A stretch of DNA of 64,000 nucleotides from Eledone cirrhosa. Lineage: Eukaryota. Numbering within the stretch: position 1 is the stretch's first letter; each line of letters begins with the position of its first letter. The stretch covers positions 339,946,001-340,010,000 of the forward strand of contig OZ024743.1 of assembly GCA_964016885.1 (NCBI GenBank), given 5' to 3'. The notes beneath the pieces are model-generated. The model ran no database searches and was not told the DNA's origin. It saw nothing but the letters and a program-made list of their open reading frames with translations. A program made the translations under genes and the position numbers. This document shows positions 63,763 through 64,000 of the stretch, piece by piece.

Positions 63763-64000
63763 GATGACAAAACACAACGGAGTTTATAAACGGCAATTTA
63801 TAAGAATCCTTTGCAATTGTTCCTGTGCCTCCTGTGTATTTTTTCCAATAACTTCCTTAGAGCTCCTATGTATTCACACACACACACACACAAAATAATA
63901 ATCGATCACTATAAATAATAGTTGAGAAAATCGAAGATATATTTCCCAAATGTCGAGGGATTGTCTTAGTTACTACGCTAAGGAGCTGCTGATAGCTAAT

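Overview
AT-rich, repeat-dense eukaryotic (metazoan) DNA with spliced genes. It is very probably octopus/cephalopod, inferred from the tandem finger-only C2H2 genes and the tRNA-derived SINE/MITE landscape. Host genes, all on +: (1) the 3' part of a multi-exon TRIM gene (RING end, two TRIM9/67-like B-boxes, coiled coil, SPRY/B30.2-like) at about 1.2-9.6 kb; (2) three paralogous C2H2 zinc-finger genes (19, 11 and 13 fingers), each with one coding exon and a shared 5' leader, at 22.6, 35.5 and 48.3 kb. The rest is decayed RTE, CR1/L2, Tx1/L1, I-like, CRE and Penelope-like retroelements, several SINE families, piggyBac/hAT/Tc-mariner MITEs, candidate solo LTRs and microsatellites. Most short ORFs in the track are spurious. 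Most notable: an in-frame TGA overlapping an alternative splice donor in the TRIM coiled-coil exon, creating a poison-versus-rescue choice; fossil fingers beyond two ZNF stop codons; a three-finger cassette shared between paralogues; a ~340 bp fold-back; and a 38-bp minisatellite resembling a SINE core. All calls were made by eye, and repeat boundaries are approximate unless a TIR or TSD is quoted.
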